This document shows, piece by piece, positions 1 through 61,698 of a stretch of DNA of 64,000 nucleotides (position 1 is its first letter; every line of letters begins with the position of its first letter). Origin of the DNA: Podarcis filfolensis (taxonomy: Eukaryota); the NCBI GenBank assembly GCA_964270895.1, contig OZ185441.1; one strand, 5' to 3'. The position numbers and the translations under genes were made by a program. The notes below the pieces were generated by a model. It saw nothing but the letters and a program-made list of their open reading frames with translations. It was not told where the DNA came from and searched no databases.

Positions 1-54
1 TCCTCTCTTCAAGGAACTCAAAGCTACAAGCATGACACCTGCTGCCCAAAATGA

Positions 55-205
55 TGACAAGAACCCTGTGAGGTAGGTGCAGCGGAAAGTTTTGCGTGAC
101 TGTCCCAAGGTCACCTAGTGAGTTTCAAAGCTGAAAGGTGATTTGAGCCCAGACCTCCAGAGTTTCTATTCAAAACTCTATCCACTATGGCCATCTGCCT
201 CTCTA
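55..205 (-). mobile_element. Old MIR-like SINE fragment
   Basis: aaccctgtgaggtagg...gactgtcccaaggtcacctagtgag...gatttgagcccag pattern. Confidence 0.5.
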
Positions 206-327
206 AGGGCAATTTAGTCTAACTGTCCACACTGGTATAGCCCCGCTATTTTGAAATGTGGTGACAACAGTTAATGCAGTCGTCAGCGCTACAACTATAG
301 CTCTGCCATGCGCTGCAAATCTTTATG

Positions 328-471
328 TCATAGGCGAACTGTGGTTGGAAGGACCACAAGGATCATCTAGTCCAACCCCCTTCAATGCAGGAATCTTTTT
401 TGCCCAGCGTGGGGCTCGTACCCACAAGACAGGAATTAAGAGTCTCATGTTCTACCAACTACACCATCCCA
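328..471 (-). mobile_element. tRNA-derived SINE with CR1-like tail (Squam3-like)
   Basis: Minus strand reads A box, tRNA-like body and B box (ggtacgagccc), then ggggttggactagatgatccttgtggtccttccaac. Confidence 0.7.
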
Positions 472-707
472 GGGATGTTTACATACAGCATGAATTCACC
501 TCCAGCTGAACTGAGCACTCGTTAATTGTATGCTCCACTTGCATTGTTAACTGAAATAGTGTTTCCCCCTCCCCCAACAAGAAGTCGAGAAAATATATTA
601 TACCCTGTGGAGTGAGAATAATTTTTGCTATTCAGCGGCGTTTCCAACATACTGTATTGCTTTCAGGGTGAAACAATCCAATTCAATGCTTAAGACCATT
701 CATGAAG

Positions 708-1069
708 AAGGTAAAGGTAAAGGTAAAGGGACGCCTGACCATTAGGTCCAGTCTTGACCGACTCTGGGACTGGGGCGCTCATCTCACTTTATTGGCCGAG
801 GGAGCCGGCGTACAGCTTCTGGGTCATGTGGCCAGCATGACTAAGCCGCTTCTAGCAAACCAGAGCAGCGCACAGAAACGCCATTTACCTTCCCGCCGGA
901 GCGGTACCTATTTATCTACTTGCACTTTGATGTGCTTTCGAACTGCTAGGTTGGCAGGAGCAGGGACCGAGCAACGGGAGCTCACCCCGTCACGGGGATT
1001 CGAACCGCCGACCTTCTGATCGGCAAGTCCTAGACTCTGTGGTTTAACCCACAGCGCCACCCACATCCC
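708..1069 (-). mobile_element. Sauria SINE (Squam1), full length
   Basis: tRNA-like head, (ACCTTT)n tail, 12-bp TSD atgaagaaggta (702-713 and 1074-1085). Confidence 0.92.
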
Positions 1070-2790
1070 TTTTATGAAGAAGGTATGGCAGTGTAAAAAA
1101 AAACCTGCCTAACCCCCCCCACTGCTCTTCCATTACCACTGAACCCTTTTCCATTTCTGTGTAGCTGCTGTTCTTAATCACAGAAATGTGGCACAGCACA
1201 ATAGGAGCTGCTTGTATGCCTGTACCCCTTGAAAGGCACATGCACAATGGCAAAACAACTTGCCAAGGATACAGGCACCCTGATTTCAAACTGAGCACTA
1301 AGAACATCTATTGCCTTTGGCTCTTGGTGTTATTTAGGTACCCCACTTTTCCTTCCAAGAGCAAAATGTGACATACATGAAGTAGCCAAGTGGTTTTTTA
1401 TCCATGCCCTGGAGAAGACCCACACCTATTTATTATTATTTACCTAGCTTCAAAAAGCTAACTGCATTACGTGCCTTCAGTCCATATCCTAACTGCAGAA
1501 AGAAAGCCATAAGACTTTGACTTTGCAAAATACCTGCTGGCCTTGGATACAGATTGGAAGACAATCTTCAAGCTTGCTTTCCATACTCTTTGATACAAGG
1601 AGGAATGATCCTGGAGTAATCTCTGCTGGCTCCTCTGAAGGACTGGTCTAGCTCAGATGATCACAGCTACAAGCCTTCTGCTTGCACATGAAACCTGTCT
1701 GCCTGAGCCCCAATTAAACCAGGAAAGCTCCGATTAACCACAGCTTCCTGTCTCATTGAAACTGAGAAACTTCAGTTACCTGCCTTGAAACAAAGCGGGT
1801 TATCAAACCAACTTCAATATATGGTTTAATACCCTGGCTTATTCAGAAGCAGGTAGTTCTAGTTTCCCATTCAAACCAAACAGGGAATCATGGTTAATTA
1901 GAGCTGGCCTGCTTTAATCATAGCTCAGGAACGAGGGAACTGCTTGTACAGCATATGTAAAAGGCTTGTGCATATCTTGGCTTAGTAAGATTATATGGTT
2001 GCTCAAATGCAGAGAGTGTGTGCATCTCAGATCAATGAATCCAGAGAATGAAAGAACAAATTTTCAGTGCAATGAAAGCTTTAGTTACTACCGTGATTCA
2101 ACACACAGCTGACCAAAGCAATTCTAAAGGGGGCGGCATGGGATAAAGGAGGGCACCATGGTGGAGGATCTGGAACTGCCTAACCCCTGCTGCTTGCTCT
2201 AGCCAGAAGGGGAGCGGGGGGAGAATCACTGTGTCTATTCCAGGACCCTTTCTGTGGGGCCATTCAATCCTGCAGATCCGAAGGCCTGCTGCAATCCATC
2301 CTGTTTCAAGCCCTACCGCAACACATCTTCAACGCTACGTGTACACTAACAAGAGAATTTTAGGGGCGCACCGGGACTGTAAGAACTGTTCTGCCAGTGG
2401 AACTCCTCTCCACCCACTGAGCAGCACTTACACAGCATCCTAAGATGGCTCGGGCCATCTTGAGGACTGCAGCCTTACTGCTCTACATAAAACAGCAAAT
2501 TGAGGCTTGCACAAATGCCACAATTGTATTACTCAAAAACTGTTAAGTAGAAAAGTTGCATGAATTATCAAAGGGACTTTTGGTAAAGAGGACCCCCCCA
2601 CACACATACACGCAGTCATTTACATCACCATCTGCAATAAATATGCCATATAAAAAACTTCATCATGTGTGGAAACATGGAAAAATGTTCCCAGAACCCT
2701 CTACTTCCAGTAGAAGAAATAGCAGCTTTTCAAGCAGGTAAGTGGCACGTGAACATTTTTTGCAACACTCGTCTTCTGAAGAAGGCAATC

Positions 2791-12173
<9,383 letters not shown>

Positions 12174-13160
12174 GGCCCCGCAGAGAGCCCGGCCCGGGAG
12201 CAACGCCGGCGAGGGGAAGGCGGCGCCGACGACGGGGACCTGCGCGCAGCAGCAACCGGCAGACCTGTAAGGGCAACGGCGTCGGAGAGGCCTCGACTCG
12301 GAGGCTCCTCCTCCCAGAGGCGGGATTGTGTGCGGCCGAAACGGAAGGCAAATGCTCGCGCTCCCTCTACAAAACTGAGTCTCTCCTCCTCGTCGTCGTC
12401 CTTTAAGTCAAGGCGCAAACACAGGTCGAGACCATAGTTCGAGACCTCAGTGGCCGGGAAAAAGTTTAAGCTTAAAAAATGTGAACTGGAAGGTATGTAA
12501 AGCAATGTTTTAACGTGCAATCGAGTTTGCATATTCACCCATCAGCCATGGGTACTTCGGTTGAGATTTCTGGATTGCTTGGGGTTTGGACTAGATGATA
12601 GTGGGACTCCCTTCCAGTTCCAGAGATCTGTTATTATGCTAAACTGATCATCCCAGAGGATCTTGCCCCCTTAAGAGCACTTATTAGTTCTACCTGAAAA
12701 TGCAGAGATTGAACTTGACCAAGCTTTTGAAGGACACCAAATTGGGCTGTGTACACGCCTATATCTTTAAAACCCATTTTAAGCACATTTCAACCAACAG
12801 AGAATTACAGGCCCAGTAGTTTAAGGAACTGTAGCTCTGTGAAGGTTAAACTACAGTGCCCAAAGTGCTTTGAAGGGATCAGAGTGGTCAAAACAAAAAT
12901 GAATGGCAAAAAGCTCCCGAGGATCTCTCCAAATGGGGTGAATGGACAAGAGAATGGCAAATGTGATTTCATATAAGTAATATATAGGGATAGAGTTTGA
13001 GCTGTTTTAAGTGCAGTAAACGTATGAGGATCTGGAAGCTGGCTCCTCTCATTGCTAGATGGTCATTATTTCAATGGACAGCCTCTCTTGGAAAGCATCA
13101 GTTGCCAAGATATTATGCACAAAAGGGTATTTGAAGATCACAAGGCATACAGAGAACATA

Positions 13161-13178
13161 TCATCATCATCATCATCA
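13161..13178. repeat. (TCA)6 microsatellite
   Basis: Seen directly. Confidence 0.9.
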
Positions 13179-13484
13179 TACCTTTTATTGGCAACGCATA
13201 CAAACATCCATAGCAAATCAATACAGAATTCCCACCTTCCCAATGACACAAAACATTTGTCAAATGAAAGAGGCAAAGCAGTCTAACATTACATCTCTAG
13301 GTCTCCAGGGAGATCAGACATCTGCAATGTGTTTCGATGACAAAGAACCAGATAAAGACATTTAGCCACTAACTTGGTGAGCTCCTGATTATTCCCCAAT
13401 AATAGAAAATGTATGACCTCTAACTCTGGTTTCCATTTGGGATGCAGGGTTGATCTAGGAACTGCTGGCAGAGATCAACATATA

Positions 13485-14074
13485 CCGTATTTTTCGCTCC
13501 ATAAAACGCACCTGACCATAGTTTTTAGAGGAGGAAAACAAGAAAAAAAAATTCTGAACCAAACATGTATGATTTTTGTGGTTCATGCTGTGGCCACAGA
13601 CATGTTATGTGATTTGACGGTGAGTTTGGGGTAGCCCAATGCAAAAATCCTGAGAATCCATGTGGATCCATGCTTTCTAACCATGTTTTTGCGCCATTGC
13701 GGCCCCATGAAACAGTGGATGCGTGTGTTTTTTGGTGCAGGCTGTAGCCATGGACATGCTATGTGATCTGATGGAGAATTTGGGGTGACCCAGTTCAAAA
13801 ACCCTGAGGATTCATGTGCTTTTACCTCCCCCTCCCAGGCAGCCTCCTTTATCTCTAGAGTCCCTTATCTTCCTCCCGATCGCTTGCTGATCGGCTGATC
13901 AGCGGCTTTGTTTCAACACCCCTTTCCCTCTTTCTTAAAAAAAAAAGCACAATCTGCTTTCTGCCCCTGGGCAATTTGGCTCCAGGGACCACACATTCGT
14001 TCCATAAGACGCACAGACATTTCGCCTTACTTTTTAGGAGGAAAAAAGTGTGTCTTGTGGAGCGAAAAATACGG
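13485..14074. mobile_element. Non-autonomous mariner-type DNA transposon (590 bp)
   Basis: TIRs ccgtatttttcgctcca / tggagcgaaaaatacgg, TA TSD, internal duplicated unit of about 95 nt. Confidence 0.88.
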
Positions 14075-14119
14075 TAGTTTACATTTAAGAACCATATGTG
14101 TAAGAGTTTCCATCTGATG

Positions 14120-15110
14120 GTCTTCACATGGGCAAATTCTTTCTCCTTCCACCATTCCCGAGTACCGTCATTAGTGGAAGCATCGACTTGAGCATCACTT
14201 GTGCACTTTTTATTAGTTTGACTTGAGCTCCGCATCAGCTGTGCGGTTTTTATTAGTTTTATCAGTTTTTATTCAGTTTTTATCAGCCTCAGTATTTTAT
14301 CTACAACATTTGGCAGCTTTTCCTTAACTAATATATTCACAAAGCTTGAGTTAAAAGCTCAAGTTAAAAGTCTTAGAGAAAGTCCTGGAAAGTCTCGGGG
14401 AAAGCTTTAATTAGCTCCAGCTCGACTCAGTCTACCAACTAATTATCAGCAGGAGTGGCAATTAATTGCTCTATTTTGGGAGGACGCCGAGCTTTCCGAT
14501 TTACAGCAGAAATTAGTAGTGGCTGCATCTCCAGGAAAATGACTAGGAAAAAGAAGCGACTGGTCTCATCTCCACAAGTGAGCCCACAGCAGAAGTGCAA
14601 GCAGAAAAGGACAGAATTCAGGACCTACCACATCCAACAGAGCACATTCCCAGGTAGGTGGGGACGCTTTAATGGGTGGAGATCACCCAGGGGAGATTGC
14701 TGAGACAAGCGCCCATGAACTATCCCATGAACTACTATCAGAGGGGGCACCGCTCTATGCAGAAATACTCGCGGACCACTGTCTGATGACTGCAAGAACA
14801 GTGGAGGAAATTAACAGCAAATTAGAAAAGGTAACGTCTCTTTTGATTTAGTTGGTGCTTCTGGCGACCAGAAATAGCTCCCTCAATTCTAAAGAGGCTG
14901 ACCACTGCGTTGCCCTCCCCCATAACCATTGTGTAACTGGTCTGGACTTGATAACAGAGAGACTACAAATAGTAAAAATAACAATAGTGAAAGTAGGGAC
15001 CTAATCCTACAAAGCACTCAAGTAGCTCTCGATATATATCCTTTCAATGGTAAGCTGCCTTACTGGAAATCAACTGACAGTGTGAAGAGAAACTTTAAGC
15101 AGAGAACATA
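14120..15110 (+). mobile_element. Probable decayed 5' UTR/ORF1 region of a non-LTR retrotransposon
   Basis: Repetitive leader, ATG at 14539 with basic MTRKKKRLVSSPQ..., and broken coding-like segments (TVEEINSKLEKV; LILQSTQVALDIYPFNGKLPYWK). Family not identified. Confidence 0.4.
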
Positions 15111-15139
15111 TGGAAGAAGGCATGAGATTATATGTTAAA

Positions 15140-15580
15140 AGTAGCACTTGGTATTCGGCCTGGAACCTCATTGGTAACCAGAGCAGGACTGGTATCCTGC
15201 GGTCTCTTTGGCACGCCTAGTAATCTTGCTGCTGCACTTTGGATCAGTTGTCATTTCTGAACATTCAAAGGCAGGCCTATGGTAAGGGCAGTGCAATCTT
15301 GAGGTTAGTGGGGCATGTATCACAGTGGTCTGTTACTTGTTTATCAGGAGAGGGTGTAGCAAGAGTACCCTCTGGTTAGAAGAGAGACACTCCTGGCCAC
15401 AAATAACACTCAAGCACCAAGGAGCAGAACATCTAAGGCAGAGGAACGGCAGTGACACTGCTTTCAGTGTGGTGGTACCAAACCTGTGGAACTCCCTGCC
15501 AACTGAGATTAGGCAGACGCCCCTCCTTGCTGAGATTCAGATACGTGACTAAAACTTTCTTGTTCCAGTATGCTTTTTAA
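15140..15580. mobile_element. L2-like LINE fragments in both orientations
   Basis: 15425-15580 resembles an L2 3' end (gtggtaccaaacctgtggaactccctgcc). 15140-15330 resembles an antisense L2 RT remnant. Confidence 0.5.
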
Positions 15581-17899
15581 GGTAGTGTTCAGTTGTATGA
15601 TCAATTGCTCAGAATAATTGTAATATTTTGTTGAAATGAAGCAGTGCATTTCTTACATTGGGAGGCAGTTTGACTGGACAATACGCCCAAGTCCCTTCCA
15701 AACTCTCTGGTTTTGTGGTATGGATTCAGCTAAACAGCTGCGCTAGTGAGAGGAGTGCACGAGTACAAGAACAATCTCCCCTCTCCTCTCCCATGGGCCC
15801 CCCCAAATCAGCTCTAGGGGGTCAGGAGAGCCCTCAAAACTCACAGGGGGGAGGCAGCAAGATCATTCCACCTAGCAAGCTGAAATGCTTGTGCTGATGG
15901 AGCCATGGTAATAGCGCAACAGTGAATTCTACCATCTGATTCTATTACCTTCAAAGCTCTGAAAAACTATAGGCTATATACATGTCTGTAGCCTATACAT
16001 AAAGCCGTAAACCTAGAGGATTAATTTGCCATCCTGTTTATAACTTAATGACTGCAATCCAAGCCAGAGGGATGACTCAAGAAATGTTCCGCTGAAAGAT
16101 GTCATAGCAAAACTGTATGCCCATCTCAGCCTCCAAGATAACTTGAATGGACACTTCTTCACTAGAAGTATTTACTTAGGTATATGACCCTGCAAAGAGG
16201 AGAGGGTTGGGCATTAACTCATTCGGCAATAATCACAATCTGTTATTGACCTCTCTTTGGTTCCAAAGTTGACCTTTGCTCAGTGTCTGGCCAGCCAAAA
16301 AAACTTTTGGAAGATTGTGTTGAAATTCTTGCAGTGTAAGGAGTCTCAAAAGATTTCATCCAGTGGTATTCAAACATTTATCTGGAATGCATACCAGACT
16401 TTTTAAAAATATATCCTAAAACTCGTGCAGCACTTTTGTGGGTCATGCAGTACACTGAAGATGATGTCATAGATGGAGGTGCATAAGTAAAGAATCAACT
16501 CCACCAAGACCAGAGTAACCCGTGAAAATCAGTTCACCTAGGAAGCTAGAGAGCCTTAAAACAAATGGATTTCATGTATATTTCAATCGTTTCAAGATCA
16601 CTCTTGCTTGCAGGTGCCTGGTAGAGTGAAATAAAATATCCATCTCCTGCAACTTTCACAAACCCCTTAGCACATAATGGCAGGGGTGAATGGAGAGCTG
16701 TATTCCAAACCATCTTAGCATTGGTGAAGGCTTATCTGCCGCATAATTCTTATTTGTCTTTCTTTGCAGTACTTGTACTGTACTTTTCAGTTTACCAAGA
16801 TGCTTATTTCAGGGATTTACATGTGATGATTTACTGGTGTCTTTACTATTAAATGTCCCATCTCAAATCCTTCGTACTGTGATTAATATGTTTGCTCTTA
16901 CATTTGCCTGTTTTAGTTGGGTAGCGCAGACCTGCTTGCCAAACAGTAAAGGATATGTAAGATAGCAGTTGTTAGACATCTAAACAAGTTTATATTTAGT
17001 TTCAAATTGCTGCTTGCAAAATGAAACAATTTTTGCATTGTATGTCTGCTTGAAAGACTGAGGCCCCATTTAACATTTGCTGCTCACTCCATCTCAGGTT
17101 AGGCTTAACTAATGGAAAAATAACAAAATCAAGCAATATACAGTGAATAATTGTGAACACACAATAATAAAATGTGGCACAAACAGGCTGCGGTGCTTGA
17201 CCCTCTCTCACATTGTCCTTGTGGATGATGGTGACAGACGACCCCTTCCCTACCCCCAACACCATCTCCTGGCAGAAGACCAAGAACCCATGGTCAGCAG
17301 GCCAAAGTGACTCACACATGTTAACTTCAAGCCAATGGGCTCAATAACTACCAGGGAAACAGGCTTAAGAAGAAACCCAGTTCCATTTTTGAAATCTGGG
17401 AGCATTAGTATCAGCTTTCAAACCAGCACTGTGTTTTGCAATACACAATCGGAGAAACCACATCTAGCTTCAAAGAACTAAAGTTTTCCTATTGCTTTTT
17501 CTTTTACTCTATACCACATATTTAAAAGAAACTAACTTAAGCCAGACAGCAATGTGGTGTACAATTTTAATAAACATTTCTTATGAAAAGCTTGATACTG
17601 TTCAAATATACAGAGAAAAGCTATTTATATAGCTACATATACATCTTGAGTCAATGACTACAGCATAAATCATTCTAGCTTTCCCCTTCGGTTAGAGTAT
17701 CAGCAAAGTGTTTTCTACATGTATATATTTTCTTTTTAGGCTACTATATTGGGCTTGTTGACTGTGTAGTTTTATCCTGCTGTGATTGTTGTAAAACAGC
17801 TATGTTATATACATAATTATACATATAACATACGGATATGCTATATATACACAGGTTATATATAACAATACTTTACAATATACACAGCCTTTCATAAGA

Positions 17900-18050
17900 G
17901 GGCTCTGGAAGAGATTTACCTTATTAAGCCTCAACACCTCAGTGAGGTAGGTAGCTATCATTATTTTACAGAATGTGAGTAAGAGGCCCAGAGTAAGTAA
18001 CTTGCCATAAAAGCCAGTAGCAGATTCAGGAACAGAATCCAAAACTTTAT
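17900..18050 (-). mobile_element. Old MIR-like SINE fragment
   Basis: ctcaacacctcagtgaggtagg...attttacaga...aagtaacttgcc pattern. Confidence 0.45.
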
Positions 18051-18851
18051 ATCCACTGAATACATCACCAGAAACTCCATCCTTATCCCTCAAAGGGCTG
18101 TCACGGAGGAAACTAATTAGTTCATCAATACATGCAGGGGGAAAAAATATTTTTAAAAAGCACCTGCAGTTATTCCCTAACTATACAAGTCTGGCACAGT
18201 CACCTTTAAGAGAACAAACAGTCTTCAGAGTCTTCTGCATGGAGGTCAGAAATGTGCTCTAGCGAGCTTCCCCAAGGCCTGTCAGAGTTAGATTTTTCTG
18301 TAGAAGGCAGCCATTCTATTTTTAAGCTAAGGCAGAAAGGGGCTTGAATGCTGTTGTTAAGGGTGAGTGGGGGAGAGGAGCAGTTTTCCACTTTGGTAGA
18401 AATTTAAGCAAGTTTGCAGCGATGTGCTGCTCTCTCCCCACCCACCCCCCGCAGCCAAGAACCACGGGGAAAGGGAAACAACTGAAGCCAACAATCATAA
18501 TGGAAAGAGTTTTATGTCTAGTAGGAGATGGTGAGCAAGCAACAACACAGAGCCTCCCCCTTTCATACATCACTTAAGAACTAAACAAAACGGGACCCTG
18601 GCGTACTGAAATACAATAGGACTCTCTCCCCTTCATTGTAAAAATGTTTAATTAAAAAAAAAAAAAGCAAGCACTCAGCGCACCACAATACATTTGGCAA
18701 ACTTTTCTTTGTGCTTATTGAACAAAACTACATTACGCCTCCATCTTGTACAGCCTGGTGAAAACAAGAGAGCTTGCCAGGGCAGGGCAGTTCTGCTAAC
18801 TGTAAAATGTGGGCTGAACTCCTTCCATTTCGACTGAAGATGAGAATGAGT

Positions 18852-18985
18852 TTTATTCACTTATGCAATTTAGAGTGGCTTAGTGAATGACTGTGGTGTG
18901 TGGTGATAACTAGGATTATACAGGCTATATAAATAAAAACTATTGTTTCTTCAGTATGACTTTGTACTTTTGTCTGTAATTTATT
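18852..18985 (-). terminator. Candidate distal UBR5 poly(A) signals (AATAAA at 18980-18985 and 18852-18857)
   Basis: Two further AATAAA hexamers on the mRNA strand. Confidence 0.45.
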
Positions 18986-19538
18986 AAAAACTGTAACAAG
19001 ATACTTAAAAAAGGCTAGATACAAAAGTAGTTAAGCTGCTCACGAACATTAAATTTCTTCAAAATGTACCTTCAAATAATCATGATCTTATAAACATTTT
19101 ACAGTTACCAGGTAGTGCCTAGGCTGAAATTTTAAACAGTCTGAGACACAGCAGAACGAGTGTCCGGGTTGGAGTTGGAAGTGGAACAACCTTCTGACTG
19201 ATTGCTCGAGGAAAGAGGGATACAAAAATGTTGATTGTGAACGATTAAATACTGTGCATTGGCTTCCTTGTTATGTACAAAAAGATCCTCACTAAGGTAT
19301 ACAGATTACATGCAAAACATTAGTGGTGGTATTTGTGTGCCAGAGTCCAATGCAAAGAGACAAAACTTGCAATGGCAGTGGTTTTTTTGTAAGCAAACGT
19401 GAATGATTTCAACTCTTAGCTCTAACTGGCAAGAACTTTTTACAAGTTCAATATACATGATGCACAACTGCAGCCAACCACAAAATTAAACACCATTAAA
19501 AAAAAAAGTTAAAATAAAACACAGAACATACTTCATCT

Positions 19539-19544
19539 TTTATT
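19539..19544 (-). terminator. Candidate proximal UBR5 poly(A) signal AATAAA
   Basis: First AATAAA on the mRNA strand, about 400 nt after the stop, followed by a GT/T-rich tract (gttctgtgtttt). Confidence 0.6.
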
Positions 19545-19935
19545 TTGAAATTCCCTACTCCCTCTATACATGAACCTTTGCTGAAGCACTTTCCACAAAG
19601 GCAGCAGTGAATTTTCTTAGAACATTTTACATATTCCTTCCCCACCCTCCCCCGGCAAAAAGCTAAATCACAGTGTAATTTATATTGTTCTGCTGTCATC
19701 TTTGGCTGGGGTTGGCCAGGAAGCCGGCAACTAGCAAATGGTTACAGTCCGACATTGCTAGTGCTCCTTCGGCCCCTTGGGTTGCAAACTTAGTACAGGA
19801 ATGTTGCATTTAGTCATTGCAATACCAGCAGGGAGAGTATGACAGCATTAACTTTCATAAACTTTTATAGACAAATGGAAAATCTACAAAAAAACTAGCT
19901 ATTAATATTACACAGCAATACACACTTTTTATACT

Positions 19936-61542
<41,607 letters not shown>

Positions 61543-61698
61543 NNNNNNNNNNNNNNNNNNNNNNNNNNNNNNNNNNNNNNNNNNNNNNNNNNNNNNNNNN
61601 NNNNNNNNNNNNNNNNNNNNNNNNNNNNNNNNNNNNNNNNNNNNNNNNNNNNNNNNNNNNNNNNNNNNNNNNNNNNNNNNNNNNNNNNNNNNNNNNNN
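61543..61698. other. Assembly gap, 156 N
   Basis: Seen directly. It interrupts UBR5 exon 9. Confidence 1.

Noticed and set aside
328-471. tRNA-like sequences (also the SINE heads near 1000-1069, 45750-45803 and 60301-60360)
   Set aside because: They are degenerate and fused to SINE bodies or LINE-like tails, so they are not tRNA genes.
702-1019. ORFs in Sauria SINEs (also 49334-49596 and 52522-52844)
   Set aside because: They are reading frames through SINE consensus sequence and recur with each copy.
2439-2465. 11-bp hairpin (cct-aagatggc/gccatctt-g-agg) in the RRM2B 3' UTR
   Set aside because: It matches no known motif (not an IRE, SECIS or histone stem-loop) and is plausibly chance or TE-derived.
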